This document shows, in pieces, positions 18,369 through 26,665 of a DNA stretch of 64,000 bases (positions are counted from its first letter, which is position 1; each line of letters begins with the position of its first letter). The DNA is from an uncultured Nitrospiraceae bacterium (lineage in GTDB: Bacteria > Nitrospirota > Nitrospiria > Nitrospirales > Nitrospiraceae). The stretch spans positions 704,001-768,000 of the forward strand of contig CAVPLT010000001.1 of the NCBI GenBank assembly GCA_963706325.1. Reading direction: 5' to 3'. A program made the translations under genes and the position numbers. Below the pieces are notes generated by a model. It was given only the letters and a program-made list of their open reading frames with translations, was not told where the DNA came from and made no database searches.

Positions 18369-19697
18369 TTACGCGGTCGGAACCAATTCCGGTACGAGCG
18401 TAAGAAACCAAGGTGGAGTTTCTTCTCTCATGTCCTGAAATCGCTTCGCGGTGCTGCTGGCCGGGATGCCCTCAAAGAGGGCACCGCGCCGAATGGTCAC
18501 CTCCCTGAACCGATAGTTGGCGGGATGACCCAGGGGAGCAGGCAGGACGGAACAAAAGTTCTGACGTAATGGTGCCAGGTCCGACAAGGTACACGATCCA
18601 CCCAGCGGCAGGGCGGAGAGTTGATGGAATATCTCGCCGAACAGCTCCGGAATAGTCTGCGCGGACAAAACCAGATTCGTTGGCCTTACCCGAGGATCGT
18701 CTATCAGCTGCGACAGGATTTCCCAAAATACTTGAGAATCGACGGCGCCCAGCACACACAGGGCTCCTCGCGTCGCCATCAGTTCCAACAGGGCAAGAGG
18801 GCCGCGGATATCGAACTTCCATGATGGAAAGAGGAGGCTGCGGCCGGCGTGCAAGACTTCAAGCGCAGGTTCTTTCCGATGCGTGACTCGTCGAGAGTCC
18901 CCTTTGGTTCGCCGCAGCTCTTCGGCGAGCACATCAGCAGAAAGGCGGGTGGGTTCATAGGCAAATGTGGGTGTGGCAGGAGCCCAGCAGGTGACGATGA
19001 GGTATCGGGAGGCGAGACGTTGGTCCTTCACTAGCGGTTCGAGGGCAAACATGTCCTGGTCGCCATAGAAACGGAATTCGACACCGGGTCTCGCCCTGAG
19101 GCTGCTCAGGCGGAGTGGGTGAGCGTGCAGGGGTCCACCAAGTTGAGAGTCTGGATCCAATCGATCGAGACAATGGAGGATGAGCGATCTGCCTTGCGTT
19201 GCCAATCGAGGTTCATAGGAGGCGACGAGGTCCTCGGCGAAGGACAAATCGCCTGCTCCCAGGTCCAGGACGGAAGCTGGCACATGCTCCGCTAGAAGGT
19301 CAAAGGGACTGGCGTGTTGGCGAACGAATCCGGCGACGGACTCTGCCGTGAGTATGGGGTGCGACCACTTCGGGGGGTGGGGCACTTGGACGCCAAGCAG
19401 CACGCAGAGAGCCCGCAGGGCTTTCGTGGGTGGAAGTCCCGTAAGTTGCTTGAGCGCCTGGCCGCGCAAGCAACTTTCTGCGTGTGTGTGTGCCTGTGGC
19501 AGGGTAGTGACGAGACTGCGTTTGATTTCGCTCGGAAAGGCGGACGTCTCCAGCGCTTCCAGTAGTGATATGAGGGTCGCCGGCCATTGTCTTGGGTTAA
19601 CGAGGTGCCTGGATGCCTCCCAAGAAGTGGCGTCTGAAGTCCGCGCGGAGGTGACCTGTCTTCGAAAGGCGGCCAAGGTGTCAGGATCCACGTGCAT
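18369..19697 (-). CDS. Hypothetical protein with SAM-binding motif I-like sequence
   Basis: 442-aa ORF; VLDLGAGDLSF; upstream TTGACA-18-TACTCT. Confidence 0.7.
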   Translation of the reverse strand: MHVDPDTLAAFRRQVTSARTSDATSWEASRHLVNPRQWPATLISLLEALETSAFPSEIKRSLVTTLPQAHTHAESCLRGQALKQLTGLPPTKALRALCVLLGVQVPHPPKWSHPILTAESVAGFVRQHASPFDLLAEHVPASVLDLGAGDLSFAEDLVASYEPRLATQGRSLILHCLDRLDPDSQLGGPLHAHPLRLSSLRARPGVEFRFYGDQDMFALEPLVKDQRLASRYLIVTCWAPATPTFAYEPTRLSADVLAEELRRTKGDSRRVTHRKEPALEVLHAGRSLLFPSWKFDIRGPLALLELMATRGALCVLGAVDSQVFWEILSQLIDDPRVRPTNLVLSAQTIPELFGEIFHQLSALPLGGSCTLSDLAPLRQNFCSVLPAPLGHPANYRFREVTIRRGALFEGIPASSTAKRFQDMREETPPWFLTLVPELVPTA

Positions 19698-19837
19698 GAA
19701 TTCAGTCGCTGTGCAGAAGGTCCGGCGTGATTTAAAGAGGCACGATCTGTATGTGTGAAGGCAGAGTATCGGGGCTGTCGGGAAGGTGTCAAGGGTGCTG
19801 CCTTGCGGCTACATCATGCGTATGGTAGGTAGACGCT

Positions 19838-20854
19838 ATGTGTAAATCACCCAAAAATTACGGCGAAATGTGGCGCCGCATTGTGATCCGATTGCTCGTG
19901 ACCGTCAGTGTCACGCTGGCCCTGTGGGGGTGTCAGGGAAAAGACCATGCATCGATGGTGACGCAGCAAGAGTGGGGCGGATGGAGGGCCGGTCATGTGA
20001 TTGACGCCAAGACTGGTCTACCCGTGCCAATGGGTAAATGGTTGGAGGAACTGGGCACCTACGATACGATCTATTTGGGAGAGGAACATCACAATCGATT
20101 TCATATTGATGCTGCATTGACAGTGCTTCGCTCACTCCTGGACCAGGGACACCGACCAGTGCTCGCGATGGAAATGTTTGGGTGGGATGGTCAGCCGGCT
20201 TTGGACGACTATCTTGTTTCGAAGGAGAACCTTCGCGCAGAATTTCTTGAGCGGGTGTTGTGGAAACAAAATTGGGGCGGGGCTTTCGAAGATTATGAGC
20301 CATTAGTTAATTTTGCTAAGGAGCATCAGCTTCCCCTGCTGGCGATGAATCCACCTAAATCATTGATCAGGCAAGTCGTCAAGCAAGGTCTCGTTCAAGT
20401 CAAGGAACAGCCTGAATGGCGACAGTGGGGCATGGAAGAGGAAACAATCGTTGATGACCCAGCCTATCGATCGAGAATCCTGTCTCAACTGCAGGATTGT
20501 CACGGAGGCGGTTCCCCTGAGGATTATCAAACGATGTATGTAGCCTCTATGGTGCGGGATGAAGGAATGGCAAAGACGCTGGTTGCCGCACTGATGAAAA
20601 TTCACAGTGAAGCAGGCTCTGTGCAAGGCCCGGTGCTTAGTTACACGGGAGGCGGCCATGTGCAATATGGATTGCCGGTTCCGAATCGTGTGGCGCGGCG
20701 GGTTTCCAAAGGGCTGAAGCAAGTAACGGTCTACATGGCTACGTTCGACGGAGAACGAGCCGCTGAGCTATGGGAAGCCATGAAGGAAGGTATCGCAGAC
20801 TATGTGTGGTTAACCCCCCCAGGCTCTCAAGGGCTGCCTCGACGGTGCCGATAA
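19838..20854 (+). CDS. ChaN family (heme-uptake/Tiki-like) lipoprotein
   Basis: Lipobox LWGC; IYLGEEHHN, LAMEMF, RDEGMA and GGGHV. Confidence 0.88.
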   Translation: MCKSPKNYGEMWRRIVIRLLVTVSVTLALWGCQGKDHASMVTQQEWGGWRAGHVIDAKTGLPVPMGKWLEELGTYDTIYLGEEHHNRFHIDAALTVLRSLLDQGHRPVLAMEMFGWDGQPALDDYLVSKENLRAEFLERVLWKQNWGGAFEDYEPLVNFAKEHQLPLLAMNPPKSLIRQVVKQGLVQVKEQPEWRQWGMEEETIVDDPAYRSRILSQLQDCHGGGSPEDYQTMYVASMVRDEGMAKTLVAALMKIHSEAGSVQGPVLSYTGGGHVQYGLPVPNRVARRVSKGLKQVTVYMATFDGERAAELWEAMKEGIADYVWLTPPGSQGLPRRCR

Positions 20855-20996
20855 GAGGTAGTCAACAGCCGACTTGGAAAATCCTTCCACTGCTGATGCG
20901 TGCTATCAAATCCCCTCCCCTGCGGGATAGCTGTCCACCCGAGTCTGACATACACTCCAGGCTCGTCGGACAAGTGGACCTGGGAGGTGATAATCC

Positions 20997-21938
20997 ATGG
21001 CACTGAGTCGATCACTGGTCAGGCTGCAGCAACGACTTCACAGTACTTATCATTTCACAGGTGGCCATATGAAGGGAAGAATCGCGTGTTCAGCCGATCG
21101 TCTCAGTTTATTGGAGGCGGCAATGATTAGCTCGGTGGTGGAACCGAACGCCTTTCAACTCGGAAAACAGTATCAGGCGGAACGTCGTGTACAGATGGTG
21201 GAGGTGTCGGATACGGAGCTGACCTCGTCGGTCATGGGCAACTCTGGATTGTATGAACAATCTATTCGGCTCAGCCAGGGTTACTTAGAGGCGAAGTGTT
21301 CCTGCACATTATCCGAGCAGCCGATTTGTCGGCACGGCGTGGCTGCGCTCCTTGAATATCAGCGATGGTCCAATCCACGAACCGTCCCTAAGCCCAGGGG
21401 CAGTGGGTCTCGCCTGGAAGTTGCGAAGACGGTGGCCTCCGCCGCAGTTTCTTCCGGTGATGTGAAGCTGGGCGAACTGACCCAGTTTACGGAGTGGATG
21501 CAGCGAGTGGTCCAGGCTATACACACCGATCAACCTGTTCCAGATCAACCTGCGTTGGCGGCTGGCCTGGTGTCCACTTGGACTCAGGTCATCCGGCAGA
21601 TGGATGAGCGGAGGCGGGAGGGCGAGGTGGTGCAGGTCGACCTCGATAGAGAGATTCAAAACCGTGATGCGATGGTTGCCCGTTTGACTCAGGATCTCGA
21701 CTCGTCAGTGAAGGAGTTGAAATCTTTGCAGATGATTTACAAAGATCTTCAGCGCGAAGTCGAACTTCAAAAGGCGGTGGTGAGCAAGACTGCCGATCTT
21801 TCTCGTCAGGTTGAGCTGTTCGAGAACGAACTGAAAGCAATCGCAAGTCTGCTGACCGAGAAGGGGTGCCGATTGGCAGGGTTATCCGATATCTGTCGAG
21901 ATGTGGCGTTGATGCTGAAATCGCTGAGCAAGGCTTAG
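20997..21938 (+). CDS. SWIM zinc-finger protein with C-terminal coiled coil
   Basis: CSC-x7-CRH; heptad-rich C-terminus; start ambiguous (20997, 21069 or 21123, each with an SD-like motif). Confidence 0.8.
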   Translation: MALSRSLVRLQQRLHSTYHFTGGHMKGRIACSADRLSLLEAAMISSVVEPNAFQLGKQYQAERRVQMVEVSDTELTSSVMGNSGLYEQSIRLSQGYLEAKCSCTLSEQPICRHGVAALLEYQRWSNPRTVPKPRGSGSRLEVAKTVASAAVSSGDVKLGELTQFTEWMQRVVQAIHTDQPVPDQPALAAGLVSTWTQVIRQMDERRREGEVVQVDLDREIQNRDAMVARLTQDLDSSVKELKSLQMIYKDLQREVELQKAVVSKTADLSRQVELFENELKAIASLLTEKGCRLAGLSDICRDVALMLKSLSKA

Positions 21939-22005
21939 CGCGTGCAATAGATGGAATAGCGCACTCCAATCACCTGGTCTCTTAGTCCCTCCTGGATACC
22001 CCCTC

Positions 22006-22034
22006 TTGCTTCACCATCGATTCCTCAGTACAAT
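22006..22034 (+). promoter_or_regulatory. sigma70 promoter TTGCTT-17-TACAAT
   Basis: Upstream of the small membrane-protein gene. Confidence 0.6.
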
Positions 22035-22076
22035 GCGACCCTCTTTTTGATCTTCCGTGAATACAGGAGGGAAATC

Positions 22077-22253
22077 ATGAATAAGTTGATCGCAGGACTC
22101 GCCAGTGGGCTGGCCGCATTTCAGACGACCGCTGCATTTGCCAACGTCAGTGAGGGTCCGCCGGATTATAGCGGGATCACAGGGCTTTATTACACCTTGA
22201 TCGCTATTGTCTTGGCCTATGGAGTTTACGACACGTTTTTCAGTAAGAACTAA
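22077..22253 (+). CDS. Small (58 aa) protein with signal peptide and one TM helix
   Basis: AGGAGG SD; AFA cleavage-like site; hydrophobic LYYTLIAIVLAYGVY. Confidence 0.8.
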   Translation: MNKLIAGLASGLAAFQTTAAFANVSEGPPDYSGITGLYYTLIAIVLAYGVYDTFFSKN

Positions 22254-22296
22254 TCTGCACAGGTCGGTATTTCTGGCGTGAAACGTTGCTCTGGCC

Positions 22297-23124
22297 TCAT
22301 AAGGCAGGTGCGATGTTTCTCGCCTGCTTTTTTGTGTCTGACGAGTTAGCCTTCTTTTCATTGAGGATGGGAAGCAGGCTCTTCAATACGTTCTCAGCCA
22401 CAATTTGATATCCTTCCGCGGTCGGGTGAATGCCATCGCTTTGGTTGAGCGTACTTTCCCCTCCTACCCCTTCGAGAAGAAACGGCAGTAGTGGAAGCGC
22501 ATGAGTTGTGGCCAATTCCCGATACATCGCTTCAAAACGATCCGTGTATTCTGCACCATAGTTCGGCGGGAGTTTCATCCCGACTAGGAGGATCGGTACG
22601 TGTGCCTCCTTGAATCGTCTGATTATGGCATCAAGGTGGGAGCTTGTTTCCGGAAGGCTTAAGCCGCGTAGCCCATCGTTTCCCCCGAGTTCAAGTATCA
22701 CCATGTTCGGTTTGCCCGCAAGAATCCACGGGACCCGCCGAAGGCCGCCTGCGGTAGTTTCCCCGCTGACCCCCGCATTGATAATCTGATAGGGATACCC
22801 GAGGGCTTCGAGCCGCTTTTGAAGCTGCATGGGATAGGATTGCGCCGGAGAAACTCCAAGGCCCGCGGTCAAACTGTCGCCAAATGCGACAACGCGAGGC
22901 CTGTTGTCGGTATTGTTTGATGGGCGAGCCGTTGCGTTGGGAATGGGGTCATGAAGTGATACCTTTTCGGAGGACGGTTGGGAACCTGAAATAGCGGGGG
23001 CTTCGGACGGCGAAGTTGTTCCACCTGACTGATCGCAGCCGAGCGACGCAGTCAACATGACGACCGCCATACAGCACGGCATGAGACGGCCGGTGAGTCG
23101 GAGCAATTTCGATCTGTTCGTCAC
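22297..23124 (-). CDS. Arylesterase / SGNH-GDSL hydrolase lipoprotein (TesA-like)
   Basis: FGDSLTAG, NAGVSGETT, LGGNDG and DGIHP; lipobox SLGC; start uncertain. Confidence 0.9.
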   Translation of the reverse strand: MTNRSKLLRLTGRLMPCCMAVVMLTASLGCDQSGGTTSPSEAPAISGSQPSSEKVSLHDPIPNATARPSNNTDNRPRVVAFGDSLTAGLGVSPAQSYPMQLQKRLEALGYPYQIINAGVSGETTAGGLRRVPWILAGKPNMVILELGGNDGLRGLSLPETSSHLDAIIRRFKEAHVPILLVGMKLPPNYGAEYTDRFEAMYRELATTHALPLLPFLLEGVGGESTLNQSDGIHPTAEGYQIVAENVLKSLLPILNEKKANSSDTKKQARNIAPAL

Positions 23125-23181
23125 TCGTACAGTATAATAGAAAAACATCTTGGAGCGCGTCGGGAACGGACACTACTTGAA

Positions 23182-23880
23182 ATGATTGAGATTCAACATC
23201 TTACGATGCAACTCACGGCCGCCGGTCAGAGGGTCACAATTCTCGATGACCTTTCGTTCGTCATTCCAGACAAACAAAAGGTCGCGATTGTTGGCCCATC
23301 AGGCAGCGGCAAGTCAACGCTGCTTGGACTGATCGCAGGCCTGGATCGCCCGACTTCAGGCACCATTTGGCTCAATGGTGTCGAGATCACGGGGTTGCGA
23401 GAACAGTCCATGGCACGACTGCGCCTCGCGAACGTGGGATATATATTCCAGTCGTTTCACCTCATTCCCACACTGACAGCACTGGAGAATGTCGCGGTCC
23501 CACTCGAACTCGCGGGAAATCCTCAGGCCAGACAACGGGCCAATGACTTGCTGCAAGCTGTTGGGCTTGGTCACCGCGTCTCACATTATCCGGTCCAACT
23601 CTCAGGAGGAGAGCAGCAGCGGGTGGCCGTCGCGCGCGCCTTCGCCTGTCGTCCGCCAATTCTCCTGGCCGATGAACCGACCGGCAATTTGGATTCGACC
23701 ACCGGGCAGCAGGTTATTGACCTTATCATGGCGCTGCATCGAGACCTCGGGACGACGCTCGTGTTAGTCACCCATGATCACAACTTGGCCGCTTCCATGG
23801 AACGTGTGATCACTCTCCGTGATGGCCGGATTCACTCCGACCAACTCTCTTACCTTCAGCGCGGGAGCTCTGACCAGTAG
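23182..23880 (+). CDS. ABC transporter ATP-binding protein (YbbA-like)
   Basis: GPSGSGKS, LSGGEQQR and DEPTGNLD; divergent from the TesA-like gene as in tesA-ybbAP. Confidence 0.93.
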   Translation: MIEIQHLTMQLTAAGQRVTILDDLSFVIPDKQKVAIVGPSGSGKSTLLGLIAGLDRPTSGTIWLNGVEITGLREQSMARLRLANVGYIFQSFHLIPTLTALENVAVPLELAGNPQARQRANDLLQAVGLGHRVSHYPVQLSGGEQQRVAVARAFACRPPILLADEPTGNLDSTTGQQVIDLIMALHRDLGTTLVLVTHDHNLAASMERVITLRDGRIHSDQLSYLQRGSSDQ

Positions 23881-23882
23881 CA

Positions 23883-26549
23883 ATGATGCCCTTTTGGTTC
23901 ACTATGGCATGGCGAGAATTACGATCGGCCTGGCGGCACTTCCTCTATTTTCTCGCCTGTATTGCGCTGGGTGTCGGGGCAGTCGTTGGGGTCTCTCTTT
24001 TTTCTGCCAATGTAGAACAGGCGGTCTTAAAGGAAGCTCGAGGATTGCTCGGCGGGGATCTAGAAATCCGTCTGTCCAGACCCATTGGGTCAGAAGGGAT
24101 TACGGTATTGCAGGGGCTCACTGAGCGAGGCGTGCGGGCAACCCGTGTGAGTGAGTTGGTTGCAATGGCTTCACGGGTTGATCGATCTCCGGGCGCCGCC
24201 GAACAGAATCAGCTCGTCGAACTGAAGGCCGTGGAGTCACAGTATCCGTTATATGGGGTGCTGAGAGTCGAGCCAGAGCGCCCGCTGATGGACCTTCTGC
24301 GAGTGGCGGGAAACAGTTGCCAAGAAATCTGTCACGGGGCAGTCGTGCAGGAATCTCTGCTGATCCGCTTAGGACTCATAGTGGGCGACGCGGTGAAAAT
24401 CGGACAGGCGTCATTCCGGATCATGGGTGTGATTCACTCCGAACCGGACCGAATGGCCAACATGTTCAGTTTGGGGCCTCGCGTGTTTGTGTCTCAGGAT
24501 GGACTCGCGGCCGCCGACCTCGTCAAACCGGGAAGTCGTCTGCGGGAACGACATCTTCTGAAACTGCCGGTTTCCCTTGACCTCTCTCCATTACTCTATG
24601 AACTTCGGAACCGGTTGGCTGGAGAGTCCGCCCGTGTATCTTCCTATCGGGACGCCCAGCCTCAACTAAAGCGGTTTCTCGACCAACTCACTCGGTATTT
24701 GGGCCTTGTCGGGTTGACGGCGCTCTTTGTCGGCGGGATTGGCGTTGCCCTGTCGATTCAAGCTTTTGTCCGAGAGAAGTTTGAATCGATTGCTATTCTG
24801 AAAACCTTAGGCGCGGACACGAAGACCATTATTCAGTCGTATTTGGGCCAGGCGGTGGGCCTGGGGATCCTCGGCAGTAGCATGGGCATTGGGATCGGTA
24901 TCATTTTGCAGGGAGTGCTGCCGCAGGCATTGTCGACATTACTGGCGACCGATCTCTTACAACAGATCCAATTTTCGGCCGTTCTCTTCCCCACGGCCAT
25001 GGCGCCACTTGCGAAGGGCTTAGGTTTGGGCGTCCTCACCACGCTATTGTTCAGCCTGTGGCCCTTGCTGACGATTCGAGAGATCAGGCCTTCGGCTATT
25101 TTCCGCCGTGAAGTCGAAGGCGACAATCGCATTGCGACCGGAGGCGAGTCTTCATTGCGGAGACGCGTCACCCGATGGCTGACAATGGATCCTGTTCGCA
25201 CCCTGACCGCGATAGGAATTGGATTGGGGCTGGCGGGACTCTCCGTATGGCAGGCAGGTTCATTGACCATAGGGGGCATTTTCATTGGCGGCTTACTAGT
25301 TGCTGTCGTTGCCTTGGTACTAGCAGCGAAGGCGCTACTCAGCGTGATACGCTCTCTGCCTCTGCCCCCTGGACTTTCCATGCGTCAGGCCATGAGCAAC
25401 ATCCAACGACCCGGAGGGCAAACTCTGGGGGTGATGGTCTCGATCGGTGTCGGAGTCATGGTGATTCTCGCCATCGCATTGATCGAGCATGCGTTGGTGC
25501 GGCAAGTGGGCGAGAATCGACCGGTCGATTCACCAACCTTCTTTTTTATCGATATTCAACCCGACCAGGCGAATGGGTTTTTGGCGCTGCTCCACGAACG
25601 GACAGGCGATCTCGCCACTCAGCTGACACCTCTCGTTCGCTCTCGATTGCACGCGATCAACGGCCGAACGATACAAGTCGAGTCCGAGCAGGAAGACCAA
25701 CCCGATCAGACGCGAGAGGAAAAGCGGAAGAACTGGTATGCGAGCCGTGAATACGTTCTGACCTTTCTCGAGGAACTACCCAAGGACAATACCATCGTGA
25801 AAGGTGCCTGGTGGAAGCCAGGGCAAGTGTTTGCGCGGCCACAGGTGTCTTTCGAGGAAGAGGCGGCAAAAGGCCTAGGTATCGATCTTGGGGCTATTGT
25901 TGAACTTAATATACAGGGAGCCATCATTCAGGCCGAGGTGAGCAATATCAGAAAAGTCGAGTGGGGGAATTTCTCGACCAATTTCTACATGATCTTTTCA
26001 CCGGGGTCATTGGAGGATGCGCCGATGACCTATGTAGGTATGGCGCATGTCTCGCCCCAGGACGAGGTGGCGCTGCAGTCGGCGGTGGTTGCCGCATTTC
26101 CCAATGTGACCGCCATCAATATTGGGGAGGTGCTGGGCGTTTTTGCGCGAGTACTGGATCGGCTGTCCTTAGCTATTCGCGCCGTGGCCTTATTTTGTCT
26201 GTTGGCTGGGGCGCTGGTCATGGCGGCTGCCCTGGCAGCCACTCGCTATCGTCGACTGTATGAGGCGGTGATCCTCAAAGCGTTGGGCGCGACGCGTGCG
26301 CTGATTGCCCGGTCGTTTGCAGCCGAATATGCCTTATTGGGCGGCGTGGCGGGAGTGATCGGCACAGTTTTGGCCAGTGCCTTTTCGTGGGCGATTCTGC
26401 GCTATATTTTGGAACTGCCGTGGTCGCTGGAGCCGTCGTTGTTAGCTCTAGGGCTGGTCTGTACGGTGCTCCTGACCCTGCTGGTAGGATTCCTCAGTAC
26501 GTACCGCATTCTAGGCCAGCCGCCATTGACCGTTCTCCGTCACGAATAA
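23883..26549 (+). CDS. ABC transporter permease, FtsX-like (YbbP-like)
   Basis: LLGGDL, YPLYG and FFFIDIQPDQ; two FtsX TM modules. Confidence 0.92.
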   Translation: MMPFWFTMAWRELRSAWRHFLYFLACIALGVGAVVGVSLFSANVEQAVLKEARGLLGGDLEIRLSRPIGSEGITVLQGLTERGVRATRVSELVAMASRVDRSPGAAEQNQLVELKAVESQYPLYGVLRVEPERPLMDLLRVAGNSCQEICHGAVVQESLLIRLGLIVGDAVKIGQASFRIMGVIHSEPDRMANMFSLGPRVFVSQDGLAAADLVKPGSRLRERHLLKLPVSLDLSPLLYELRNRLAGESARVSSYRDAQPQLKRFLDQLTRYLGLVGLTALFVGGIGVALSIQAFVREKFESIAILKTLGADTKTIIQSYLGQAVGLGILGSSMGIGIGIILQGVLPQALSTLLATDLLQQIQFSAVLFPTAMAPLAKGLGLGVLTTLLFSLWPLLTIREIRPSAIFRREVEGDNRIATGGESSLRRRVTRWLTMDPVRTLTAIGIGLGLAGLSVWQAGSLTIGGIFIGGLLVAVVALVLAAKALLSVIRSLPLPPGLSMRQAMSNIQRPGGQTLGVMVSIGVGVMVILAIALIEHALVRQVGENRPVDSPTFFFIDIQPDQANGFLALLHERTGDLATQLTPLVRSRLHAINGRTIQVESEQEDQPDQTREEKRKNWYASREYVLTFLEELPKDNTIVKGAWWKPGQVFARPQVSFEEEAAKGLGIDLGAIVELNIQGAIIQAEVSNIRKVEWGNFSTNFYMIFSPGSLEDAPMTYVGMAHVSPQDEVALQSAVVAAFPNVTAINIGEVLGVFARVLDRLSLAIRAVALFCLLAGALVMAAALAATRYRRLYEAVILKALGATRALIARSFAAEYALLGGVAGVIGTVLASAFSWAILRYILELPWSLEPSLLALGLVCTVLLTLLVGFLSTYRILGQPPLTVLRHE

Positions 26550-26665
26550 CGATGTGGCCGATCTTGTCCTGGGTCACAGCGGTGTGCTCCCAACCCAACC
26601 GATGTGATCGCGAGTGATCCGGACCTCGACGGAAGTCGTGCGAGAATCCAATTGGGCAGGCTCCG

